Shown: positions 37,300-47,700 of the stretch, in pieces
How the letters are laid out: every line of letters begins with the position of its first letter
Position numbering within the stretch: position 1 is the first letter of the stretch
Source of the DNA: a virus
Lineage: Duplodnaviria > Caudoviricetes
Length of the DNA: 56,614 nt
Strand: one strand, 5' to 3'
IMG/VR virus record: IMGVR_UViG_3300031774_000018
Coordinates: 1 to 56,614 of that record
Program-made: the position numbers and the translations under genes
The notes under the pieces: model-generated
What the model was told of the DNA's origin: nothing
Seen by the model: only the letters and a program-made list of their open reading frames with translations
Databases searched by the model: none

Positions 37300-39526
37300 T
37301 ATGGCAGAAGATAATACATTTTTAAATGCTGACAACCTTTATCAAGAGATAGAGGGAGAGTCTGGAAAAGAATTAAAGTTAAAAGATGACCAGCAAAGAA
37401 ACCTTATCGGTATTATTAAAGGCAGATATGCTCAAGCTGAAATGGCTAGAGATGCTGACGAAAGAAGATGGATGAAAGCATATGAGAACTATAGAGGTCT
37501 CTACGCTAAAGGTGTAAAATTTCGAGAGTCTGAAAAGTCTCGAGTGTTTGTCAAGATTACAAAAACTAAAGTATTGGCTGCATTCGGACAACTGGTAGAT
37601 GTAATATTTGGTACAGGGAAATTTCCGATAGGAATTTCGGAAACCAAAGTTCCAGAAGGCGAAGCCGACATAGCTCATTTAAATATCAATAACCCAACTC
37701 CGGGTATAGAAAGTTCAGAAGAAGAAGTAACAGAAGATAATCTTGGAAACTCAGTAGATTATACCAGTCCTTATGATGTTGGTTTTGAAGGAGATGGTAA
37801 AGTATTAAAGCCAGGGGCTACTCATTATAATGGATTATATGAAGACCCTTTAGATGTTCAAGCAAGAGATGCTGGTATATTAGTAGATGGTGCTAATCCA
37901 AACCCACAAGCTTTAGAAATCTCTCCAGCCCAAAGAGCTGCAAGAAGAATGGAGAAACTTATCCATGACCAAATAGATGAATCTAGTGGTTCTTCTGAAA
38001 TAAGAAACGCTTTATTAGAATCATCTTTATTAGGAACAGGAATAGTTAAAGGTCCATTTAACTTTAATAAGAGACTTCATCAATGGACTAAGGATGACTC
38101 TGGTACTAGAGAATATAATCCATTAGAAGTAAGAGTACCTAGAATAGAATTTGTAAGTTGCTGGGATTTTTATCCAGACCCTTCTGCAACTAACATGGAA
38201 GAATGTGAATTTGTTTTCCATAGACATAAGATGAATCGTAGTCAATTAAGACAATTACGAAACATGCCTTATTTTGATAAAGATGCAATCCGTGATTGTA
38301 TTCAAATGGGTCCTAACTATATAGAAAAAGATTATGAATCTCAGCTTAGAGATGATAGAAGAGCTGATGAAGAAGTAAATAATAACTTTGAAGTCTTAGA
38401 GTATTGGGGTATCATGGATGCTTCTTATGCTAAAGAGATTGGAGTTGACCTTCCTAAGAAAGTAGATGACTTAGATGAAGTTCAGATGAATGTTTGGATA
38501 TGTGGAGATAAGATATTACGAGCAGTAATTAATCCATTTACACCTTACAGATTACCATATCATGCATTCCCTTATGAAAGAAATCCATATAGTTTCTTTG
38601 GTATAGGTATAGCAGAGAATATGGATGACAGCCAACAGATTATGAATGGACATGCGAGAATGGCTATTGATAATCTAGCAATGTCTGGTTCACTTGTCTT
38701 TGATGTAGATGAATCAGCTTTAGTTGGTGGACAGAGCATGGAGATATATCCGGGTAAAATCTTTAGAAGACAAGCAGGTATGCCGGGACAAGCTATTCAT
38801 GGAGTTAAGTTTCCTAATACATCACAAGAAAATCTAATGATGTTTGATAAGTTTAGACAGCTTGCTGATGAACAAACAGGAATACCTAGTTACTCACATG
38901 GACAAACTGGTGTTCAAAGTATGACAAGGACTGCCTCTGGTATGTCAATGTTACTTGGAGCATCTAGTTTAAATATTAAAACAGTTGTCAAAAATCTTGA
39001 TGACTTTTTATTGAGACCTTTAGGAGAAGCATACTTCCAATGGAATATGCAATTTCATGAAGGTGAGTTAGAGATAGATGGCGATTTAGAAGTTAAGGCT
39101 ACTGGTACAAATAGCTTGATGCAGAAAGAAGTACGAAGTCAAAGATTGACTATGTTCTTACAAACTGCACAAAGTCCTGCTATTGCACCATTTGTTAAGA
39201 TTTCGAAACTTGTAAGTGAACTAGCCTACAGCTTAGACTTGGACCCTGATGAAATACTCAATGACCCAGAAGAAGCTGCTATCATGGCTCAAATAATAGG
39301 AATGCAAAATGCTGGACAAACAGATGGCGAGGAAGCTCAACCCCTTGGTGAACAACAGGGAGCAATGGGAAATAATACTGGAACACCTCAACAACCTCAA
39401 GAACTTGGGGTTACAGGAACTGGTGGTGGCAACATCGGAATCGGAAATGTACCGATGCCAAGGGAAGCTGCGTTTAGTGGCACAACTGGAGTCCCTACCG
39501 GAACAGGTCAAGGAGGCTTTGAATAG
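37289..39526 (+). CDS. Portal protein
   Basis: About 740 aa after terL; GTGIVKGP, WDFYPDP, FFGIGI, TRTASGMSML motifs; low-complexity C-terminus; likely start 37301. Confidence 0.9.
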   Translation: MDINMAEDNTFLNADNLYQEIEGESGKELKLKDDQQRNLIGIIKGRYAQAEMARDADERRWMKAYENYRGLYAKGVKFRESEKSRVFVKITKTKVLAAFGQLVDVIFGTGKFPIGISETKVPEGEADIAHLNINNPTPGIESSEEEVTEDNLGNSVDYTSPYDVGFEGDGKVLKPGATHYNGLYEDPLDVQARDAGILVDGANPNPQALEISPAQRAARRMEKLIHDQIDESSGSSEIRNALLESSLLGTGIVKGPFNFNKRLHQWTKDDSGTREYNPLEVRVPRIEFVSCWDFYPDPSATNMEECEFVFHRHKMNRSQLRQLRNMPYFDKDAIRDCIQMGPNYIEKDYESQLRDDRRADEEVNNNFEVLEYWGIMDASYAKEIGVDLPKKVDDLDEVQMNVWICGDKILRAVINPFTPYRLPYHAFPYERNPYSFFGIGIAENMDDSQQIMNGHARMAIDNLAMSGSLVFDVDESALVGGQSMEIYPGKIFRRQAGMPGQAIHGVKFPNTSQENLMMFDKFRQLADEQTGIPSYSHGQTGVQSMTRTASGMSMLLGASSLNIKTVVKNLDDFLLRPLGEAYFQWNMQFHEGELEIDGDLEVKATGTNSLMQKEVRSQRLTMFLQTAQSPAIAPFVKISKLVSELAYSLDLDPDEILNDPEEAAIMAQIIGMQNAGQTDGEEAQPLGEQQGAMGNNTGTPQQPQELGVTGTGGGNIGIGNVPMPREAAFSGTTGVPTGTGQGGFE

Positions 39527-39539
39527 AGGAGAGCAATAA
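39309..39539 (+). CDS. Small protein overprinted on the portal 3' end
   Basis: 76 aa, AGGA 7 nt upstream, helical MYRCQGKLR segment; stop is 2 nt before the next ATG. Confidence 0.65.
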   Translation: MLDKQMARKLNPLVNNREQWEIILEHLNNLKNLGLQELVVATSESEMYRCQGKLRLVAQLESLPEQVKEALNRGEQ

Positions 39540-39541
39540 CA

Positions 39542-40270
39542 ATGATTGGATTAAAAGTACTACATAAATTAGCTGAACGATTAGGTAATGACCCAGAAGG
39601 TTCTCCTGAAAGTAAAGGTGAAACAAACTTTACGAGTGGGGATTCTTTTGCACTTCCTCAATTTAATGAAGGTGGTTCTATAGATGAACAGATGCAAATG
39701 GCTATGGCTATAGGTCCAGAAGAAGAAGAACAAGAAACACTTCCAGATGATGATATGGAAGATGATTATTTAGATTTTATAATGAGTGAAGCATTAAGTC
39801 AAGAAGAAGAACAAATGCTCACAAGTAAATTAGAACAAGACGAGGAACTAGCTATGCTTTTTGATAAAGTTATAGATGTTGCTCAAGAATTTGCTGGGTC
39901 AGGTCCTGTTGAAGGACCGGGTTCAGGAGTCTCTGACAGTATACCTGCAAGGTTATCTGATGGAGAGTTTGTTATGACTGCTAAAGCAGCCGAAGTTATG
40001 GGACCTGAAAATTTACAGGAACTTATGATGGAAGCTGAAAATGCTGCTGACAGACAAGCTATGTTTACAGGAGGTCCTGTGACTAGAGATAAAGAGAGAG
40101 AAGATATGGCGAAGAACGGCTCGGTTAAAAAAGTCGAACAAACCATTAATGTTAGTCAACCACAAGTTGATTCGTCAGGAGCTACTGTAGTTCAAGATGA
40201 TGATTTAGTTAGTGAAGAATTAACAAAGCTTGCTCTTTATAATAGAGAAGGAGCTCATATACATAGCTAA
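39542..40270 (+). CDS. Acidic head-associated protein
   Basis: GPVEGPGSGVSDSIPARLSDGEFV motif; between portal and scaffold. Confidence 0.7.
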   Translation: MIGLKVLHKLAERLGNDPEGSPESKGETNFTSGDSFALPQFNEGGSIDEQMQMAMAIGPEEEEQETLPDDDMEDDYLDFIMSEALSQEEEQMLTSKLEQDEELAMLFDKVIDVAQEFAGSGPVEGPGSGVSDSIPARLSDGEFVMTAKAAEVMGPENLQELMMEAENAADRQAMFTGGPVTRDKEREDMAKNGSVKKVEQTINVSQPQVDSSGATVVQDDDLVSEELTKLALYNREGAHIHS

Positions 40271-40273
40271 TAC

Positions 40274-40381
40274 AATAAAGCGACCCTATTAGCGTAGGCA
40301 CTTTATTACTTTAAAAACCGAAAGGCTACCTTTACAATACAAGCCCTCTTGTCGACAAAGAGCTACCTTGTAAACAAAGCC
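40274..40381 (+). promoter_or_regulatory. Structured leader upstream of scaffold gene
   Basis: AATAAAG/CTTTATT hairpin, then nested GGCT/AGCC, TTTACAA/TTGTAAA, CTCTT/AAGAG stems with repeated GCTACC and AAGCCC. Confidence 0.5.
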
Positions 40382-40401
40382 CCAATTAGGAGGATAAGAA
40401 A

Positions 40402-41283
40402 ATGACTAATACAGTCCAAAAAGAGGAAAAGCCAAATCCTTATAACGCTAGAAAAGATTGGCACGATAGAGAAGACAAACCTTTTGTATCATCAGACGAC
40501 CTTTATTTTGAAGCACCGGCTGAAAAGAATAAGCTTTTTGAAACTACGGATATAAACGAAGCAGAAGAAAACTTAAACTCAGAGGCTCTGGAAATTGAAA
40601 AAGATAAACCTTATTCAAAACCAGACTACAAAAAAAGATATGATGATTTAAAAAAGCATTATGATAAAAAGCTTAATGAGTTCAAACTAAAAGAAGATGA
40701 ACTGAGCAGTAAGTTACAGGATATAACTCCTACTTATGTAGCTCCTAAGTCCGAAGAAGAGATTGAACAATTTGCTAAAGAATATCCTGATGTTTATAAG
40801 GTTGTAGAAACTGTTGCTCATATACAAAGTGAATCTAAAGCAAAAGTTCTAGAAGAACGCCTTAGTCAAATCCAAGATAAAGAGAACCAGTTAATACGAC
40901 AAGATGCAGAAAATAGGTTAAACGAAAGACATCCTGACTTTGCTGAAATCAGAGATAGTGATGACTTTCATAACTGGGCAAATACGCAGCCGGAATCTAT
41001 TAAAACATGGATTTACAATAATGCTGACGATGCCGACTTAGCCTCTCGTGCTATAGACTTATTCAAGCGAGATATGGGTATGACATTACCTACAGAAGAC
41101 AAGTCATCTTCTAGGACCAAAGGAACTGCTGCTGACATGGTTTCGACTAAAACAACAACAGTTGAACCTAAGCAGGAAAGAGTTTGGTCTGAACAGGAGA
41201 TTGCTGCCATGAGTGTTGCAGAGTTTGATAAATTCGAAACGGAAATATCAGATGCAATGCAAGAAGGCAGAATCATTAAATAA
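40402..41283 (+). CDS. Capsid scaffolding protein
   Basis: Charged coiled-coil, YKKRYDDLK, HPDF, C-terminal EGRI; directly before the capsid gene. Confidence 0.8.
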   Translation: MTNTVQKEEKPNPYNARKDWHDREDKPFVSSDDLYFEAPAEKNKLFETTDINEAEENLNSEALEIEKDKPYSKPDYKKRYDDLKKHYDKKLNEFKLKEDELSSKLQDITPTYVAPKSEEEIEQFAKEYPDVYKVVETVAHIQSESKAKVLEERLSQIQDKENQLIRQDAENRLNERHPDFAEIRDSDDFHNWANTQPESIKTWIYNNADDADLASRAIDLFKRDMGMTLPTEDKSSSRTKGTAADMVSTKTTTVEPKQERVWSEQEIAAMSVAEFDKFETEISDAMQEGRIIK

Positions 41284-41309
41284 ACTATTAATAAATAAGG
41301 AGAAGTATC

Positions 41310-42284
41310 ATGGCTCAATATTTTGAACCAAGTACCGATACTAATGCTAACTTTGCAAACTCTGTAGCAGGACAGACTAATAGTTTCTTCCTACCTTCCG
41401 TTTATTCTAAAAAGGTTTTAAACTTTTTTAGGAAAGCCTCGGTAGCAGAAGCTATTACAAACACCGACTATGCTGGTGAAATATCTGCTTTTGGAGACTC
41501 TGTAAAGATTATTAAAGAACCAACTATCTCAGTATCTGATTATACTAGAGGTAGTGACACAACTGCAACTAAGCTAACAGACCAAGAATTAACTCTTGTT
41601 GTTGATAGTGCTAAAGCTTTTAAATTCATCGTAGATGATATTGAGAGTAATATGTCACATGTCAACTGGAAAGAGGTAGCTTCTTCATCTGCTGCATATG
41701 CTCTAAGAGATTCATATGACGCTGCTGTTATTGCTAAAATGTTTGCAGGATTGTCTGCTAGTGCCCCTGACCATATCATAGGTTCAGACAGCTCAACTGC
41801 TGATGCAACTATGACACATGCAACCAACTCTGTTGATTTGCTTGGCTCAGATGGAACTGGCGTGGATGCTTTAGACATGATGGCTAGAATGTCTAGACTC
41901 TTAGATGAACAAAATGTACCCGAAGAGGGTAGATGGTTCCTTGCAGGACCAGAGTTCTATGAAGAGCTAGCAAAGTCAGGGTCTAAAATGCTATCCGTTG
42001 ACTACAACGCAGGTCAAGGTTCTATAAGAAATGGCTTAGTATCTAGTGGAAAACTCAGAGGATTTGATATGTACAAATCTAACAATATCGCTGCAACATC
42101 GAATGCAACTGGTAAAGTGTTAGCTGGACATATGAGTTCTACTGCAACTGCTAATACCATTCTTTCAACAGAAGTGTTGAGAGACCCTTCATCTTTTGGA
42201 GACATCGTAAGAGGTCTTCATGTTTATGGCTGTAAAGTCTTAAGAGAAGAAGCAATGGTTGGTGGTTTTTATGTTATCGACTAA
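41310..42284 (+). CDS. Major capsid protein
   Basis: FLPSVYSKKV, GEISAFGDSVKI, LDEQNVPEEGRW, FGDIVRGLHVYG; strong RBS; followed by terminator. Confidence 0.92.
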   Translation: MAQYFEPSTDTNANFANSVAGQTNSFFLPSVYSKKVLNFFRKASVAEAITNTDYAGEISAFGDSVKIIKEPTISVSDYTRGSDTTATKLTDQELTLVVDSAKAFKFIVDDIESNMSHVNWKEVASSSAAYALRDSYDAAVIAKMFAGLSASAPDHIIGSDSSTADATMTHATNSVDLLGSDGTGVDALDMMARMSRLLDEQNVPEEGRWFLAGPEFYEELAKSGSKMLSVDYNAGQGSIRNGLVSSGKLRGFDMYKSNNIAATSNATGKVLAGHMSSTATANTILSTEVLRDPSSFGDIVRGLHVYGCKVLREEAMVGGFYVID

Positions 42285-42297
42285 TACATAACAACTC

Positions 42298-42325
42298 GGA
42301 GGGGTCTTCGGACTCCTCCACTTTT
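42298..42325 (+). terminator. Intrinsic terminator after capsid gene
   Basis: GGAGGGGTC-TTCG-GACTCCTCC-ACTTTT (cUUCGg loop). Confidence 0.85.
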
Positions 42326-42337
42326 AGGAAATTTTAA

Positions 42338-43111
42338 ATGGCAACAACATATTTAGATTTAAGTAATGAAATTTTAAGGGAATTAAATGAGATTCCTTTA
42401 ACATCTGCTAACTTCGGTAGTGCAGTAGGATTACAACAATTTGTAAAAGATGCAATTAATAAAGCTATTTTTGATATAGCTAATGAAGAACCACAGTTGC
42501 CTTTCTTTGCTGCAGCAGCTAGTGGAGGTACAGACCCTTTCTATGGGAATGTAACAGTAGCGACAGTAGCAGGAACAAGATGGTACACAATAAAATCTGG
42601 GAGTTCAAATATAACTACAGATTATGCATCAATAGACTGGGATGATTTTTATTTAACAACAATTAATGTAAGTGGTGAAACAACTCCATATCTTTCTAAA
42701 GGATTAAAATTTTTAACTTTAGATGATTGGAAAAGATATTACAGAGATACAGAAAACTCAGATGATGCAGAAGGTTCAGATGCAAGTCATGGTGAACCTA
42801 CATATATAATAAAAAGTCCCGACAATAGAAAATTTGGATTAAGTCCAATACCAGACAAAGTTTATAATGTGCATTTTTATGCATTCACAAAGCCAACAAA
42901 ACTATCAGCTCATGGAGATACAATAGCTTTTCCAGAACAATATAGTAATACTATTACTTCAAGAGTTCGTTATTATGTATGGCAATTTAAAGAAAGTCCA
43001 CAGCAGGCTGCATTTGCATTAGATGATTTTAAGAAAGCTATGAGGCATATGAAATCAAATCTATTGAATCCACAGCCTAAATATATGACAGACGATAGAA
43101 CTTACTTTTAG
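42338..43111 (+). CDS. Head-tail adaptor / tail tubular protein A
   Basis: TYLDLSNEILRELNE N-terminus, GEP, LSPIPDKVY; position after capsid. Confidence 0.75.
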   Translation: MATTYLDLSNEILRELNEIPLTSANFGSAVGLQQFVKDAINKAIFDIANEEPQLPFFAAAASGGTDPFYGNVTVATVAGTRWYTIKSGSSNITTDYASIDWDDFYLTTINVSGETTPYLSKGLKFLTLDDWKRYYRDTENSDDAEGSDASHGEPTYIIKSPDNRKFGLSPIPDKVYNVHFYAFTKPTKLSAHGDTIAFPEQYSNTITSRVRYYVWQFKESPQQAAFALDDFKKAMRHMKSNLLNPQPKYMTDDRTYF

Positions 43112-43113
43112 TT

Positions 43114-44721
43114 ATGGCAACAGCACAACCATATACAGTTGCATGCGAAGGAGGCTTAGTAACAGCTTCTAATCAAATAGATTTATTAAGAAGTCCCGGA
43201 GCAGCAGTTGAATTACAAAATTTTGAAATATCCGTAGAAGGTGGATATAGAAGGATTAATGGATATACAAAATTTGGTGGTGATGATGGTACTCAACCTA
43301 CAGGTAGTGCCTCAACTATATTAGGTGTAATGCCTTATGCCGATGGTGTTATAGTTTGTGCAGGAACAGGTATTTATTTTAGTCAAGACGGAATTACTTG
43401 GCTAACTATAAATAGAAGTTCTGTAGCTAGTAGTGGAGATAATTATACTGCCTTTACAGGAAGAAGTGCTTTAACTAGAACTGGACAAGGACAATGCCAG
43501 TTTGCTTTGTTTGAAGGTGCTAATTACGACCATGGACAATTAATCATAGCTGATGGTGCTAATGAATTATATAGTTTTAGAATGGAAGGAACTGGTGCTC
43601 TAGCCAGTAGAACTTTTTATTCAGAAGAAATAACAGTTAATAGTACAAAAGGTGTAGGTTTAATAACTCACCATGATAGACATTTAATAGCTGCAGGTGT
43701 TCAAGATAATTTAAGTACAGTATATTATAGTGCTTTATTAGACCCTACAAGCTTTAGTGGTTCAGGTTCAGGTGCAATTACTTTAACTGACCAAATAGTA
43801 GGTATAGCAGCTTTTAGAACTGACTTATTTATATTTTGTAAAAATAGTATTTATAAACTTACTAATATAAATAATTCAAGTACTACAGCAGTCGTACCTA
43901 TTGCTGAAAATATAGGGTGTTTAAGTGGTCATAGTATTCAAGAGATTGCTGGTGACTTAGTATTTTTAGCCCCTGATGGTATAAGAACCATTGCAGGTAC
44001 AGCTAGGATTGGTGATGTTGAGTTAGGTACAGTTAGTAAAAGTATACAACCTATCATTACTACATTAGCTAAGAACATTAATTTATGGACTATAACTAGT
44101 ACAGTATTAAGAGAGAAATCACAATACAGGTTATATTACTCAAATTTAGGTGCATCACCGAATGCACAAAGAGGAATTATAGGAACTCTTAGACCAAACG
44201 GATTTGAATGGTCTGAGACAAAAGGATTAGAAGTTACAGCAGTAGGTGCTGACTTTGATGCTACAGAAGTTGAAAGATATTATCATGGCTCTAAAGATGG
44301 TTATATTTATAATCATGATACTGGTAATGATTTCAATGGAACAGGTATTGTAGCAAGATATAAAACACCAGATTATGATTATGGTGATTTAGGAACTTTA
44401 AAAACTTTACATTATTGTAGAGTTTCAATAGGGGCAGAAGGAATTGTAAGTCCAGAATTACAGGTGAAATTTGATTATTCTAATACAGAGATACCTCAAC
44501 ATACGAATAATTTTACCTTTGGAACAGTTAGTCCTTCTTCTGTATTTGGAGAAGCAGTCTTTGGGTCAAATGTGTTTGGTGCAGTATCGAACCCAATGAT
44601 TAGAATACCTTTACAAGGAAGTGGAACTAGTAATAGTTTTACAGTATTAAGTAGCGATACACGAGCACCTTATGTAATAAATGGATTGTATGTAGATTAC
44701 ATACCATCAGGCAGGAGATAA
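43114..44721 (+). CDS. Tail nozzle / stabilisation protein (beta-propeller)
   Basis: 535 aa beta-rich, GGYRRING, IGCLSGHSIQE.GDLVFLAPDG; position after adaptor. Confidence 0.75.
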   Translation: MATAQPYTVACEGGLVTASNQIDLLRSPGAAVELQNFEISVEGGYRRINGYTKFGGDDGTQPTGSASTILGVMPYADGVIVCAGTGIYFSQDGITWLTINRSSVASSGDNYTAFTGRSALTRTGQGQCQFALFEGANYDHGQLIIADGANELYSFRMEGTGALASRTFYSEEITVNSTKGVGLITHHDRHLIAAGVQDNLSTVYYSALLDPTSFSGSGSGAITLTDQIVGIAAFRTDLFIFCKNSIYKLTNINNSSTTAVVPIAENIGCLSGHSIQEIAGDLVFLAPDGIRTIAGTARIGDVELGTVSKSIQPIITTLAKNINLWTITSTVLREKSQYRLYYSNLGASPNAQRGIIGTLRPNGFEWSETKGLEVTAVGADFDATEVERYYHGSKDGYIYNHDTGNDFNGTGIVARYKTPDYDYGDLGTLKTLHYCRVSIGAEGIVSPELQVKFDYSNTEIPQHTNNFTFGTVSPSSVFGEAVFGSNVFGAVSNPMIRIPLQGSGTSNSFTVLSSDTRAPYVINGLYVDYIPSGRR

Positions 44722-44727
44722 TAAAAA

Positions 44728-47700
44728 ATGGCAACATATACAAGGCAAAGTTCATTTAGTGATGGAGACAGCATAACTGCTGCTTTATTTAATGATGAAT
44801 TTAATCAATTAGTAAATACATTTCATGTAAGTACTGGACACTCACATGATGGGACAACAGCAGGAGATGGTGGTCCTATTACAGTTTTATATGGTAATAG
44901 TTTAACTTTCGGTACGAATGCTGAAAGTGATGTAGTTATTACTTTTAATGCAGCATCTAACGATGGAGTATTATCATGGATGGAAGATGAAGACTATTTT
45001 AAGTTTTCAGATGATGTTTATATAGATTCAGATTTAACTGTTACTGGAAACGCTGTTATAAATGGTAATTTAACATTTGGTAATGCAGCTACAGATACAG
45101 TTTCTTTTGGAGCTGATATAGATTCACACATTATACCTGATGATGATGATACTTATGACTTAGGTAGTTCTACACAACAATGGAGAAATGCTTATATTGA
45201 TGGAACATTAGAAGCCGATGCAATTACTATCGGTGGTGCTACATTAGCAGAAACAATTAGTGATACTGTAGGAGCTATGGTATCAAGTAATACTGAGTCA
45301 GGAATAACTGTTGCCTATGATGATTCAGATAATACATTAGACTTTACAGTTGGAACACTAAACCAAAGTACTACAGGAAACGCTGCAACTGCCACAGCTT
45401 TAGAAACTGCTAGAACTATTCATGGTGTAAGTTTTGATGGTACTGCTAATATTGATTTAGCAGAAGTTATTCAAGATACTGTAGGAGCTATGGTATCAAG
45501 TAATACTGAATCAGGTGTTACAGTAACATATCAAGATGCTGATGGAACTATAGACTTTACTGTAGCTTCACAAACAGATGAAAACTTTACAACTGCTGAC
45601 CATGCAAAACTAGATGGTATAGAAGCTAGTGCAACAGCCGACCAAACAGATGAAGAAATACAAGATATAGTAGGTGGAATGCTTACTGGTAATACTGAAA
45701 CAGGTATTACTGTTACATATCAAGATGCAGATGGTACAGTAGATTTTGTTGTAGCATCTCAAACAGATGAAAATTTTACAACAGCAGACCATTCTAAATT
45801 AGATGGTATAGAAGCTAATGCTACTGCAGACCAGTCAGATGAAGAAATAGAAGATATTGTTGGAGCTATGTTTAGTTCTAATACTGAAACAGGTATTACA
45901 GCAACATATCAAGATGCAGATGGTACTATAGATTTAGTAGTTGGTACATTAAACCAAGATACTACAGGTAATGCAGCCACAGCTACAGCATTAGAAACTG
46001 CCAGAACAATACATGGTGTTTCTTTTGATGGCACAAGTAATATAGATTTAAGTGAAGTAGTACAAGATACAGTAGGTGCTCAACTTGCAACTAATGGTTC
46101 TCATACAAATTTAACTGCTACTTATGATGATGCAGGAGATGGAGCTGTAGATTTAGCTATTACTGATTCAACTATTAGAGGTAAGGTATCAGTCACAGAT
46201 TCAGGTGGAGATGGTTCTCTAGCATATAATAATTCAACAGGTGTAATAACTTATACAGGACCAAGTGCTGCTGAGGTAAGAGCTCATTTAAGTGCTGGAA
46301 CTGGAATAACTTATTCAGGTGGAGCAATAAGTATAGGACAAGCAGTAGGAACATCAAGTAATGTATCTTTTGGTAATTTAACCTTATCAGGTAATTTAAC
46401 AGTTAATGGAACAACATCAACAGTTTCCTCTACTAATACAACTATATCAGATAACTTATTAGAACTAAACAATGGAGCAAGTTCTAATTCTAATGATTCA
46501 GGTATTGTTATAGAAAGAGGCTCAACAGGCGATAACGCCTTTATGGGTTGGGATGAAAGTGCTGATGGATTTATTTTAGGTACGACAACAGCAACAGGAA
46601 GTTCTACAGGTGATTTAACAATAACTGCTGGTAATTTACAAACTGCTGCTATCTCTGCAACTAATATTACAGTATCAGGAACAGTAGATGGAAGAGATGT
46701 GGCTACTGATGGTACTAAACTAGATGGTATAGAAGCAAGTGCTACAGCAGACCAGACAAATGCAGAAATAAGAACAGCAGTTGAAGCAGCTACTGATTCT
46801 AATGTATTTACTGATGCTGACCATTCTAAGTTAAATGCAATAGAAGCAAGTGCTGATGTTACAGACGCTACAAATGTAGGGACTGCTTTAACAGCATTCA
46901 GTACTGCAACAGATGCTGCTAGTTCTGACTTAGTTCCATATTATGATGTAACTGCAGGAGCATGGGAAAAAGGTACAATAGCAAATGTAGCATTACAAGG
47001 TAATAAAGGACAGAAAGGTGAATTAGGTGTAACAGGACCATCAGGACCTACAGGACCAACTGGTTCTACAGGACCTACAGGACCAACAGGCTCAAAAGGT
47101 CAGAAGGGTGAAGTAGGAGCTGGAGGTTCCACAGGTTCCACAGGGTCAGCCGGTTCTAAAGGACAAAAAGGTGAAGTGGGTGTTGGAGGTTCAACAGGAC
47201 CTACAGGACCAACAGGACCTAGTGGAGCTGCTTCGGATGGTAGTAAAGGACAGAAAGGTGAAGTAGGAGCTGGAGGTTCAACTGGACCATCAGGACCTAC
47301 AGGTTCTACTGGACCATCAGGAAGTAATGGTAGTGCTGGAGCAAAAGGACAGAAAGGTGAAGTAGGTACAACAGGACCTACAGGACCATCAGGACCTACA
47401 GGTTCTGGAGGCTCTGCCGGAGATGATGGAGACAAAGGACAAAAAGGTGAAGTGGGTGCAGGTGGACCTACAGGAGCTGGAGGTTCAACAGGACCTACAG
47501 GACCTACAGGACCATCAGGACCATCAGGTTCTGGGGGCTCTACAGGAGCTAAAGGTCAGAAAGGTGAAGTAGGTGCAGGTGGACCTACAGGAAGTACCGG
47601 ACCAACAGGACCATCAGGACCATCAGGTTCTGCAGGCTCCAATGGTGATAAAGGACAAAAAGGTGAAGTAGGAGCAGGTGGTTCGACAGGTAGTACAGGA

